In this document: positions 10,235-20,000 of the stretch, piece after piece
How the letters are laid out: the number at the start of each line of letters is the position of its first letter
Numbering within the stretch: the stretch's first letter is position 1
DNA from: Planctomycetota bacterium
GTDB taxonomy: Bacteria > Planctomycetota > UBA8108 > SXIK01
Length of the DNA: 64,000 nt
Reading direction: 5' to 3'
Assembly: GCA_965223265.1 (NCBI GenBank)
Contig: OZ244999.1
Location: 2,432,001 to 2,496,000, forward strand
The notes under the pieces: model-generated
Databases searched by the model: none
Told to the model about the DNA's origin: nothing
Seen by the model: only the letters and a program-made list of their open reading frames with translations
Made by a program: the position numbers and the translations under genes

Positions 10235-11310
10235 TAAGGATGCGAACAGTGCCGGGACGAAAAGATCTCGATCACCACCAGCGAGGATACGCGCTTCTCC
10301 TGGCGCTCTTCATGGTCGTGCTCATGGCGTTTTCGATCGCCGGCTTAGCACGAGCCAGCCTCGCAGCGGCGCTGGACGCCCAGCGAGTTGAGTCAGACCT
10401 CCGGCGTCGCTGGGCGACGCTCAGTTCGCGGCGCCTGCTCGCGGCGCAGCTGCCGGAGCTCCTGGACGAGGAGTTCTTGCGTTACCACGACGAGCAAGTG
10501 AAAGCGTCGAAGAGTCGATCGCAAGCGGCGGTGCGGCATCGGCGTCCGCCGCCGACCGCGCTCGTCGGTTCCTTCCAGCTCGGCGGCCAACACGTCGAGT
10601 TTCGTTTCGCGGACGAGGAGGCGAAGGTGAACTTGAACACCCTTTCATCTTCGGTGGACTCTGAACGCGAACTGGAGCGGCGTGCTGAGAACCTGCTGGC
10701 CGGACGCGATTTTGGACTCTCAGTTAACCTTCAGCCACACTCGGAATTCGAGCGTGAGCAGCTGAAGATTCCGCCTTACACCCACCTAGGCCAGGTGGTC
10801 GCGACCGTGACGCCCGCCGCTTTGGTGTTCGGAGACGGTGGTGATCACGACGTGCCCGCTCTCGCGACCGAGAGCTCGGGCCAAACGCCTTCGTCGCAGC
10901 GAACTGGCGTGGCCGCTGAGCGGACCAGCGCACAGTCTCCTTTCCTTGTTTCGCCGTCTCCGGCCGTACCGCCCGCGCCGCTTGATCGTGTGACGCTTTG
11001 GGGGACGGGAAGGCTCCGTCTGCAGCGAGCTGCAGATGTTTCCGTAGAAACGCTACTGAAAAAGAAGCTGCGCCCTGAAAAGCTCGCCGCCTTCTTGGCG
11101 GCACGGCGTTCGTCGCCCAGTGCGCTTTCCGCCGCACTCGCGCACCGCGTCGCGCTCAGCGTTGAGGAGCACCATGCCGTACGTCGTCTTCTCAGTGACC
11201 GCGACGATACGTACTCGCTTTGGCTGCGTGTGTCGGGCGCGCGCCGAGCGTCGTCTTCCTTGTCTTTGCATCGCCGCCGCGGTGGCGAGGTCGAAATCTT
11301 TTCATGGTGA
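10231..11310 (+). CDS. Minor pseudopilin GspK-like
   Basis: QRGYALLLAL N-terminus lacking Glu5, and DEEAKVNLN motif typical of GspK. Confidence 0.8.
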   Translation: MIRMRTVPGRKDLDHHQRGYALLLALFMVVLMAFSIAGLARASLAAALDAQRVESDLRRRWATLSSRRLLAAQLPELLDEEFLRYHDEQVKASKSRSQAAVRHRRPPPTALVGSFQLGGQHVEFRFADEEAKVNLNTLSSSVDSERELERRAENLLAGRDFGLSVNLQPHSEFEREQLKIPPYTHLGQVVATVTPAALVFGDGGDHDVPALATESSGQTPSSQRTGVAAERTSAQSPFLVSPSPAVPPAPLDRVTLWGTGRLRLQRAADVSVETLLKKKLRPEKLAAFLAARRSSPSALSAALAHRVALSVEEHHAVRRLLSDRDDTYSLWLRVSGARRASSSLSLHRRRGGEVEIFSW

Positions 11311-11313
11311 GAC

Positions 11314-11811
11314 ATGCGCGTTGAAACCTTGAGTCGACTCTGCTGGAGCGGTAGCTGCACACTGACGTTGCTCGGCGGCGCGGCGATCTGGTATGCCTTC
11401 GCTCGACCACTCGACCTGCCGCCGCAGGGTAAACAGACGACCGCCGAAGTCGTGCCCGTGGCAAGCGAAGTGAGCCGCGAAGAGCCTGAGCTTGAAGCAC
11501 TCCTGGCAGCGTGCAGGGTGCCGCTGCGCAGGCCGATTTTCGACCCACCGCCGCCGTTACCGCCCGCGCCGCCGCCGAAGATCGTGAGACCACCGCCGCC
11601 TGTGAAACTCCTTGGCACCGTCCTTGGCAGCGGCGAACCCATGGCGATGATCGCCGACGCCAGTGGTGCGGTTGAGTTCAAGAAGGTTGGCGACGGCATC
11701 GGCGCGAAAGACAGCCAGGCGGTAATTGCCGCGATCGAGGCCTCCAGGGTCGAAGTCGCGCACGAGGGACGCACGATCGAACTGCGGATCGAAGGAAAGG
11801 AAAAACGCTGA
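11314..11811 (+). CDS. GspC-like / PilP-like assembly protein
   Basis: N-terminal TM, Pro-rich linker, KLLGTV...AMI...VGD HR-like domain. Confidence 0.6.
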   Translation: MRVETLSRLCWSGSCTLTLLGGAAIWYAFARPLDLPPQGKQTTAEVVPVASEVSREEPELEALLAACRVPLRRPIFDPPPPLPPAPPPKIVRPPPPVKLLGTVLGSGEPMAMIADASGAVEFKKVGDGIGAKDSQAVIAAIEASRVEVAHEGRTIELRIEGKEKR

Positions 11812-13310
11812 TGCGAAGATCTCCGTTTGTCCTTTCTCTCGAGACCGCGACGAGCGGTGTGGGATGCGTTCGCGCGTCGTGTCTACGCGATGGCGAAGTT
11901 GAGGCAGCGGAGCGCGCTGGCAGCCAGGCGACAGATGAGCACGCTGCTGCAGCGGCTACGCTCTTGCGCGAGCTCGGTTGGAAGAGTGAGCCTTTGATTC
12001 TTGTGCTTTCGTCGCGGGAGTGTCTGAGTGCACGCGTCGAGATTCGCGACTTGCCGGAGCGGGGTCGTGAGCGCCTTCTGCTCTATCGGTTGGAGGAAAA
12101 GTTGCCACTGACGGCTGAGGAGGTCGCAGTTGACTTCGTCACGTGCGACGAATGTGCTGTCGGTGTGGCGGTCGAGGCCGAGCGATGGGCAGAGTTCCTC
12201 GCCCAGCTCGAAGCTCGGGGGATCTTTGTCGAGCAGATCGTCCCGGCGGCGTTCCTCACGCTCTGCGGAGAACAGTCCGTCAACGACAGAAGTGAGTTCA
12301 CGGGTGCCGTAGTTTCGTCAGGCGGTGACTCCGCCGACGTGTTCGCGTTCAACACCGGGAGACTCATCGCATGGAGGCACTTGGTCGGCGAACTGGAGGA
12401 GGCCCTCAAAGTGACTCTACGGCAGCTGGCACTGGAAGCAGAGGCGCCGCGAGGCAGCGACGGTGAAGTCAGGCGGTCACAATCGAACGGCGACCACACG
12501 GACAGTTCGTATCGCGTTCGGTTCTTCGATCCGCCGGAGGGAGTGACAGCTGCTCTCGGGGACCTGCCCGAGATAGCAGTCGAGACCGACGCGGCGGACT
12601 CGCGCCAAAAGACGCTCCTTTCGGGAGCGGCGCGCAGCCTGGCTCGCGGTGTCCCGTGGGCGTTGAACTTGCGGCGGGGGCCGCTCGCACCCGCGGATCC
12701 ATTCCGCCGCGCGCGGTTGCCGGCACGAGTTGCCGCGCTCGCCGCGCTCGTCTTCGTCGTCTGTCTGAATGTAGCACTCATCGTCCGCGCACGTGCCTAC
12801 GACACGGCCGCAACAAGCGCACGAGATCGCGTCGCCCAGGTCTACCGCACGGCGTTTCCCGACGAAGCATCTCGCTCCCTACCGACGAGTGTTGAGCGTC
12901 GCATGGAGAGCCGAGCACGTGAATTGGAAGGACTGCGAGGCGTTGCAGCTAGTCCCGAGAAGAGGCCACCCTCGATGGAGAGAGTCTCCGCGTTGAGCGC
13001 TCTGGTTGACGTGACGAATGGACTCCGCGGCGACGTGCGATTTGCGCTGTTCGCGCTGCGGATCGAAGGGGAGAACGTGTCCCTGCGCGGACGGACTCGG
13101 AGTCACGGCGACGCCGACCGCCTCGCAACAAGTCTCCGACAAGAGGGACGCTTGGCCGTCGACCCGCCGGTGACAGAGATTCTGCAGGCGCAGGGCGTAG
13201 GTTTTGCGCTCGCTGCGAAGCGCGTCCATGCGGCGTCTGAAGGGGAGAGCGCACACCTTTTCCCGACGCGAGAGACGAGAGAACAGCCCCGCGGCGGAGG
13301 TCATCCATGA
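11811..13310 (+). CDS. GspL-like protein (cytoplasmic actin-like domain, TM, periplasmic domain)
   Basis: YRLEEKLP..EE..VDF, NLRRG before a TM helix, PilN/GspL-like C-terminus. Confidence 0.75.
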   Translation: MRRSPFVLSLETATSGVGCVRASCLRDGEVEAAERAGSQATDEHAAAAATLLRELGWKSEPLILVLSSRECLSARVEIRDLPERGRERLLLYRLEEKLPLTAEEVAVDFVTCDECAVGVAVEAERWAEFLAQLEARGIFVEQIVPAAFLTLCGEQSVNDRSEFTGAVVSSGGDSADVFAFNTGRLIAWRHLVGELEEALKVTLRQLALEAEAPRGSDGEVRRSQSNGDHTDSSYRVRFFDPPEGVTAALGDLPEIAVETDAADSRQKTLLSGAARSLARGVPWALNLRRGPLAPADPFRRARLPARVAALAALVFVVCLNVALIVRARAYDTAATSARDRVAQVYRTAFPDEASRSLPTSVERRMESRARELEGLRGVAASPEKRPPSMERVSALSALVDVTNGLRGDVRFALFALRIEGENVSLRGRTRSHGDADRLATSLRQEGRLAVDPPVTEILQAQGVGFALAAKRVHAASEGESAHLFPTRETREQPRGGGHP

Positions 13311-13834
13311 GCGACACTCCGAGAAGGCGTTGGCGTTGGCTCTGGGCTCTTCTGGTTGGGCTCTTGGTCACGGGGTGGAGCTACGTTGAGCTCGCCGGCG
13401 CGGCGGCCCGCGCCACATCCAACCTTCGCGAGCTCAAAGGTTGCCAGCGATTGGCAGCAAGAATTTCTGGTTTGCGCGAACGACCCGAAGTGGCGGAGCG
13501 CCGCGAGCTCGAGGCGAGTGAGCTCACTGCGCGGATCGAAGAGGCGGCTGCGCGAGCGGGCATCGGCACGGAGCAGCTGCTGCGGATCGAGCCGGGGCCG
13601 GCGCGGCGGCTTGGTGAGAGTGCCTACCGGGAGAAGCCGACACGCGTCGAGCTCGGGCGGCTCAAGTTGGAGGCGCTTGTGAGATTCCTGCACGACCTGG
13701 TGGCGCAGGGGAGCTCGCTTATGGTGACGGATCTGAGAATCGAGGCACCGCATGGTGACGAGGAGGGCGAGGATTGGACGGCTGAGGCGACGTTGAGCTA
13801 TCTCGTCTATGACCCGAAGGTTGCGAAGGAATGA
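13307..13834 (+). CDS. GspM/PilO-like protein
   Basis: N-terminal TM and coiled coil, LEALVRFLHDL; follows the GspL-like gene. Confidence 0.65.
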   Translation: MSDTPRRRWRWLWALLVGLLVTGWSYVELAGAAARATSNLRELKGCQRLAARISGLRERPEVAERRELEASELTARIEEAAARAGIGTEQLLRIEPGPARRLGESAYREKPTRVELGRLKLEALVRFLHDLVAQGSSLMVTDLRIEAPHGDEEGEDWTAEATLSYLVYDPKVAKE

Positions 13835-14014
13835 GTGCAAGAGTGATGCGTGCGTCGGCTCGCACGCCGAGAGTGAGTTTTGAGATTGCACCGGCGGAGG
13901 CCAGGACGAAGCCGGGTCGCGTGTCGACGAGGCTCTTTTCTGCGGACTCTACCGAGACCCACACTCGCCGTTTTCTGTCGCGCCTTGGTCCGACGCTGTG
14001 AAGGAGGAAGTTTC

Positions 14015-14689
14015 GTGAGAGCGATCAAGAATTCGCCGGCAGGCCTACGTTCCGCGCGAGGGTTGTGGCGCGCAGTAGGAACCTCGATCACACACATCCT
14101 GTGGATCGTTGTGGTGGGTCTCTTCGGCGTGCAGGGCTGCGCAGGGCCTGAAGCGACTGGAGGAGAGACGTACGCCACCGTGGAAGTTGACGTGGAACGA
14201 AGGACGGAGACCGCGAGGCAGCAGAACGCGAGGGCGGCGGAGCTCGTACGGGGCGGCGAGTACGACGAGGCGGAGACGCTGCTGAAGGAGGCGCTGACGG
14301 CGGACGTGGCGTTTGGTCCGGCTCACAACAATCTCGGCAAGGTGTACTTTCAAACGGGCAGGCTCTATCTGGCGGCGTGGGAATTTCAATACGCGGCGAA
14401 GCTCATGCCGCACCATCCAGGCCCGAAGAACAACCTGGGGCTCGTGTTCGAGCGCGTCGGAAAGTACGACGACGCGGTCGCGCAGTACGAGGGCGCCCTC
14501 GGGATCGAGGCGGACAACCCGGAGTTCTTAGGCAACTTGGCGCGCGCGAGAGTGCGTCGAGGCGATCGCGGCGGTGAGGTGGCGGACCTCCTCGAGGACG
14601 TCGCGCTCAAGGACACGCGGCCCGAGTGGGTGGCGTGGGCGAGGGAGCGACTGCACACGCTTGAGCGCAAAGAGACGCAAAAAAAGTAG
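14015..14689 (+). CDS. TPR lipoprotein, PilF/pilotin-like
   Basis: AGGAGG before GTG 14015; hydrophobic stretch ending VQGC (lipobox); TPR motifs AHNNLG, NNLG, GNLA. Confidence 0.75.
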   Translation: MRAIKNSPAGLRSARGLWRAVGTSITHILWIVVVGLFGVQGCAGPEATGGETYATVEVDVERRTETARQQNARAAELVRGGEYDEAETLLKEALTADVAFGPAHNNLGKVYFQTGRLYLAAWEFQYAAKLMPHHPGPKNNLGLVFERVGKYDDAVAQYEGALGIEADNPEFLGNLARARVRRGDRGGEVADLLEDVALKDTRPEWVAWARERLHTLERKETQKK

Positions 14690-14711
14690 CAGGCACGCTC
14701 CGCGTGCCGTC
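14686..14711 (+). repeat. GTAG-type REP-like hairpin, copy 1
   Basis: GTAGCAGGCACGC-TCC-GCGTGCCGTC stem-loop; second copy at 14898-14923. Confidence 0.65.
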
Positions 14712-14768
14712 TGTTTGATTCTCCGACTACAGAAAGCCGGGTGTGCATGCCACCGGCTCACCAAACAG

Positions 14769-15184
14769 AGAAATCTGAGAATTGATTCTAGCACATTCGC
14801 AAAAACCTACCTTAGTAAGATAGGAGCGCAGAGTTTTTGTTAGTAGGCGGGCGGAGGGAGGTTGACCGAAACTCCGATATCTTCGGTCTTCGAAAAAGTA
14901 GCAGGCACACTCCGTGTGCCGTCTTCTCTTGTCTCTTCTCCTCTTCTCCGGCTGCAGCGCACTGAACGTGCCTGCCACCTTGGTTCGCCAAATGGAAGAA
15001 ATCTGAGAATTGATCCTAGCACATTCAAAAAAACGTACCTTAGTAAGATAGACATTCAAAGTTTTTGAGAGCGGATCGAGATATCAAGTCAGGAGTCGAG
15101 AAGGATTTCAATCATCCCAGGGATTCTGTGAAAAAGATCAAAAACCGTCTAGCACATCTGAAAAAACCTACCTTAGTAAGGTAG
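14769..15184 (+). promoter_or_regulatory. Three direct copies of CTAGCACAT..AAAAACSTACCTTAGTAAGRTAG containing a 17-bp palindrome
   Basis: Copies at about 14788-14824, 15016-15051 and 15149-15184; the third contains the perfect palindrome CTACCTTA-G-TAAGGTAG (15168-15184). Confidence 0.7.
14898..14923 (+). repeat. GTAG-type REP-like hairpin, copy 2
   Basis: GTAGCAGGCACAC-TCC-GTGTGCCGTC; compensatory stem change relative to copy 1. Confidence 0.65.
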
Positions 15185-15545
15185 CGCGTACAGTTGACAG
15201 GCTCACAGCGAGCCGGCGCCAGAGCGCGGCGGGAATGGCAGAAACTTCGCGTGCGAAAGAGAGAACGCATCGATCCTGAGGCTCACGCCTCGAGAGACAT
15301 CTCAAGGAACCCACGGAAAACTGAACCAATCGGCGGGAGAGGAAAAAGGCGATCAAATGCTCAGTTCGAAAGCAGCAGTTGACAACACGTCGTAGCTCGC
15401 CCGTCGAGCGGTAGCGCTTGCGGCGCCGCGGTGGAAGTAGCCGTGGCGCCGAAGCGAGGACAACACGGCAGTCGTTCAGGCCCGCGTGGGCAGTGCCCGC
15501 TCGGGGCTTCAAAAAAGAGCCTCTTCGGAGGTGCGGGAGGATTCT

Positions 15546-17027
15546 ATGCCTATTTCGCGGCTTTTACTTTGTGCGGTCGGACTTTTCGGCGTCGGTGCGG
15601 TGCTCTTTTTGACCTTACGCTCGCCAGCGGCGTCGCAGGAGTTCCAGCAGATCACGAAGGATCAGTACGAAGAGGAGCTCAGATCGGCTCCGTACGCCGG
15701 CCGTCTTGCCCGCGCCCGTGAGGTGCTGCTTGGAACGAGCGACGCGGAGGTCGCGGTCAAGGCGCTGCGGGAACTGCGCGACGTCTCCAAGGAGCTCGGG
15801 CGTGAAGACGAAGCACTCGAGGCCGTGGAAGCTTTTCTCGCCCAGGAGCCCGAAGGGAGCGTACTCTACCAAGACGCCCACTACGTCAAGGCGCGGCTGC
15901 TTTTTAGAAGCGGCGAGACCGACGCGGCCCGGGCGCTCTTCGCTCAAGGAAGCACCAGCGGCTGGACGCCGTACGACCGCGAAGATCCCTTCGAGGCGCT
16001 CAAAGACACGCTCTACCAAAGTGACGTTGCCAGCTACGCGGTGGAGAACTGTAACCGCGCCCTCACCGACGAAGCGTGGTATGAGCGTGAGGGCGATTAC
16101 CTGAAGATCCTCGGCATCAATCTTCTTTGGAGGGCACGCCGAAGCGGCGAGACCTTCGCCGAGCGCGACGTCCTGCCAAACTTAGGCGAGCGCACCGACG
16201 CGCCGCACCATCGCCAAGCAGCGAAGGTCGTCTGCATGATCGCCGACGGGCGCTACGCCGAGGCGCGCGATGAGATCGGCGTGCTCGAGCGCCAGCTCGC
16301 CGGTGTGCATTCGGCAGCTGCGGGGGACACGCAGGGGTACTTCCGCGCCAACGAGAAGCGTAACGTGCCGCTCTACATGGCGGCAGTTCTACTCCTCGAG
16401 GGACGCGACCTCTCCGGCGCGCGCGCCGCGATGGGCGACTTCTACGCGCTTAACACCGACCGCGCTGAGTACGTGCGCGAGCGACTCATGCGCCTTGTCT
16501 TCACGCTCGAAGGCGGCGGGGCGTCGCCGTATCGGCGCGCCTCGGCGGCGACGTCGTTTCTCATCGACAGCGGCTTCACTTCGGACCCGTCGATTCTCTC
16601 TCAGTTCGCGCCGAGCTCGCACCTCTGGATCCTCGACCACCAGCTGATCTCGCTCTTTCACCAGCGGCGCTGGGACGAGGCCGTAAGTGTCGCCGAGGAA
16701 ATGGCAGCGCAGTACGACCCAGACGACATGGCGGCCAACAACGGCCTCTACACGCTGGGGCTGATCCACCTGCGTGAAGGGCGCCCCAGCGAAGCGGAGG
16801 CGGCATTTCAGCGTCAGATCGCAGCCGAGACGCCGGCGCGCTGGGAGCGTGCGGCGAAGGCCAAGCTTGCCGAGACCTGGATTGCACTCGAGAAGCCTGC
16901 CTCCGAGGTCCTGGGCCTCACAGCCAATCTCTTGGAACAAGCGTCGCCTGAGGAGGCGAGCTTCTATGGATACGGTCGGAGCATTCACCGCGCTGGGCGT
17001 TATGCGGCTCAAAAGAGTGAGGGATGA
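15546..17027 (+). CDS. Exported or membrane-anchored TPR-like alpha-helical protein
   Basis: GGGAGG before ATG 15546; N-terminal hydrophobic segment; TPR-like helices (YTLGLIHLREGRPSEAEAAF). Confidence 0.75.
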   Translation: MPISRLLLCAVGLFGVGAVLFLTLRSPAASQEFQQITKDQYEEELRSAPYAGRLARAREVLLGTSDAEVAVKALRELRDVSKELGREDEALEAVEAFLAQEPEGSVLYQDAHYVKARLLFRSGETDAARALFAQGSTSGWTPYDREDPFEALKDTLYQSDVASYAVENCNRALTDEAWYEREGDYLKILGINLLWRARRSGETFAERDVLPNLGERTDAPHHRQAAKVVCMIADGRYAEARDEIGVLERQLAGVHSAAAGDTQGYFRANEKRNVPLYMAAVLLLEGRDLSGARAAMGDFYALNTDRAEYVRERLMRLVFTLEGGGASPYRRASAATSFLIDSGFTSDPSILSQFAPSSHLWILDHQLISLFHQRRWDEAVSVAEEMAAQYDPDDMAANNGLYTLGLIHLREGRPSEAEAAFQRQIAAETPARWERAAKAKLAETWIALEKPASEVLGLTANLLEQASPEEASFYGYGRSIHRAGRYAAQKSEG

Positions 17028-17099
17028 ACAGGCCGGAGGAGAGTTCGAGCGAGTGATGAGCGAATCGTTAAGGACAGAACACTGAAGAATTCGAGTCTC

Positions 17100-20000
17100 A
17101 TGAGGTCAATCGTGAACGGTCAAGAAGCTCAAACGCCAAGAAGTGTTGTCGAACAGTGGGTTGTGTCTCTGCTGTTTTGCGCTGTTGTCATGTGGGGGAA
17201 CTTTCTGCAGGCCAACACCCCGGTCTACCCTGAGTTCTTCGTGGTGGATACTCCGAACATTCATGATCAGCACTCGATCGATGACGGAAGGAGCCCGAGC
17301 GAGGTCACTCTCACCTGCAGCGGTACTGGTCCATGCGGGGTCGTCCAAGACGGAGTCGGGTCATGCAGCTCTGACTCCGCAGTCGTCGGAAAAACCTCCG
17401 CTCCGGTGTTTCTCTATCGAGGATCTGCTGTCGAAGCGGTGACCGATCTCAGTCTCCCCGGGATCGCCTTTCCCTGGAGCCACACGCGGACGTACGACAG
17501 CAGGTTGATCTCGTCGACCTCGGCCCCTTTGCCCTCGATCAGTGGCGAACGCTGGATCGGCGGTTTGGCAGAGCTCCACATTGAAGAGGATGCAGCTTCT
17601 GGAGACATAACACTGATCGTGAACGCGTCCACGAAGCGAGTCTTCGACGAGGACTCTGGAAGCTATACCGCGCCTCTTGACTACACGGCGACATTGGAAA
17701 TAGCGAATGCTGGAACTTCCACTGAAGAGTTCACTCTCACGCATGTTGACACTGGTGAAGTTTTTGTCTTCTACGGCTTCACCCCCGAGCCATCAGGCAT
17801 TGACGCCGATCTACACGGAAAGCTTAAGCGCCGTTCCAATCGACACTTTGAAGAGGAGTCAAAAAATGGGAACGAGTACGTCTATGATGAAGACAATGGT
17901 CAAGTTGAGACGATCAATATCAAAAATGGGGCGGCGGTTCTTTACACAGTAACGTACAGCTATAGCAGCGACAGAATCTCGAGTATTGTTCTCAAGGAGG
18001 GGGCGACCGAGCTGAAGAAGGTGGAGTACACCTATTTTAACGCTGCCTCACATCATGAAGATGTCGGTGCTGCTGGCGATCTCGTGCAGGTTAGCCAGTC
18101 TGAGAAAGCCTCGGACGGCAGTACGTGGATCACGCACATTACCCAGTATCGCTACTATTCAGACGGCGACGACGATGGCGGAGCACATCAATTGAAGGCA
18201 GTCTACGAGCCTGGAGCTATTGAAAGGCTCGTTGGACATATCCCGGAGATCACCTCGGCAAGTGGCATTCTCGGCGAAGCCGATAACTATTCGGGCACCG
18301 GCTCAAGCGCGGTGGAGGCGTTCTCCTCGCGCAACTTCACATACTACACGAGTGCATTCGACACTGGTACCGCGCAGACGCCAACTCCTTGGGGTGTTCA
18401 GAATCTGGAATCAGACTATGGTGGCAGCAACCTCTTTGAGTCTGGTTGGGTGCGAACCGAGACCGTAAATGGTTCATGCTCGAGCTGTGGCGGTGGGTCC
18501 GGTGGTGGTCAGAAACGGACCTACTTCTATATGTCTCTTTCTCAAACGCAGCCTTCGGTTTCCGAGGTGACGCGTATTGTGGTCGAAGACACGGAAGACG
18601 CAAGTGGAGGCGAAGCGTACCGTCGCATCTATGGACTGAACAAGCAGGGTAAAGTACTTCGCAGGGCGTTTGTTGAAGACCCGACGGCGACCACGCTCAC
18701 GGTTTGGTGTGATTCGGTCAAGATCAACTCCTCGAGCCGTGTGACAGAGCTTCGAAAACCCTCAGCACACGAAGTGACGAGCAACTCTCTGTTGACGAAA
18801 TTCCTCGATCCTGAGGGGGGATCGCCGACCGCCGGCCAGAACGACACTGACACGCTGAAACCGAGCGATGGGGCGATCTACGTCTACGACCATAACGCCG
18901 ACGGACGGCGCAGGTGGACGCAGATAAAGAAGGGGCGAACCGGAACAGCGTACTATGTCAGCGGGACAAAGTGGGGCGACGGCATCGTCGCCGACGAACC
19001 CAAACACCTTCCCGTAGCAACTTACAGATTCCCGAAGAAGACAACGAACTCGGGCGACACGTCCCGCGTCGACACGAGCTTTGCCTACGATTTCTGGGAT
19101 ACAGATGACACCCAGATCAAGGTGAAGACAACGACGCTGCCGGTCATCTCTACGAGTCAAAACGGCTCCGGCACTGCGACCGAGCTCAAGGAATACCATG
19201 ACGAACTCGGGCGTCTTCGCTGGGTGAAGGATGGAGAGGGGAACATCACCTACCACTCGTATCACCCCGAGCTCGGCAGACGGGCTTACACTATGGTCGA
19301 TGTCGAGACGGACTCTCTACGGAGCGACATCACCGCCGGGGTGAGCGGTAAGTACGTCGAGTGGGACGATGGAGCGGGAGGTGACACGATCCCGAGTGGA
19401 TTCACGAACACCGACAACGACAACCTCGAGATTGTCACCAAGACCGAATACGACGAGCTCGGCCGCACCGAGCTCCAGATCGACGCCAAGAGTTTCGAGC
19501 ACTACACCGTCTACCAGGATGGTCGTACGCTCGAGTTTCCGTATTGGGATAGATCGGGCGGGGAACCGAAGCGTGCCATTCGGGTAGTGGAAACAGATGA
19601 TGCCGGCAACCCCGTCGACTTCTTCACCATGTCGCCCTCCCAAGCGACGTCCACAGGGGGCGGTTCGAACAAAGTTCCAACTGGAGTCTCGGACGCTGAT
19701 AACCAGGTCTACTATCTGAGCTGGACGCATTTTGGCTATGACCCGGACAGCGGTGAGTTGGTCGAAGAGGATCGCTATTTCGATATTCCCCGGGAGGTCG
19801 ATCGTGAGCTTGGCACGCTGTCGACAGACTTTCACCGGAAGGCCTTCAAGTACGACGGACTGGGCCGGCGGGAGTTCGTCATCGAGGTCTCGAGTGGCAC
19901 GCTCACAAGCAGTGGTGTCGAGCAGATTACGGAGAACGTCTATGATGTACGTGGTCGCATCACGAGGATTAAACGCGGGATCAGCGACGACTCACACAAT

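Noticed and set aside
14769-15184. CRISPR-like or ncRNA array
   Set aside because: Only three copies with long spacing, and the intervening sequences are partly homologous; better explained by local duplication
17100-17600. PAAR/VgrG (T6SS) N-terminus on Rhs1
   Set aside because: No PAAR motifs seen; the N-terminus is hydrophobic and signal-like, and no T6SS genes are in the window
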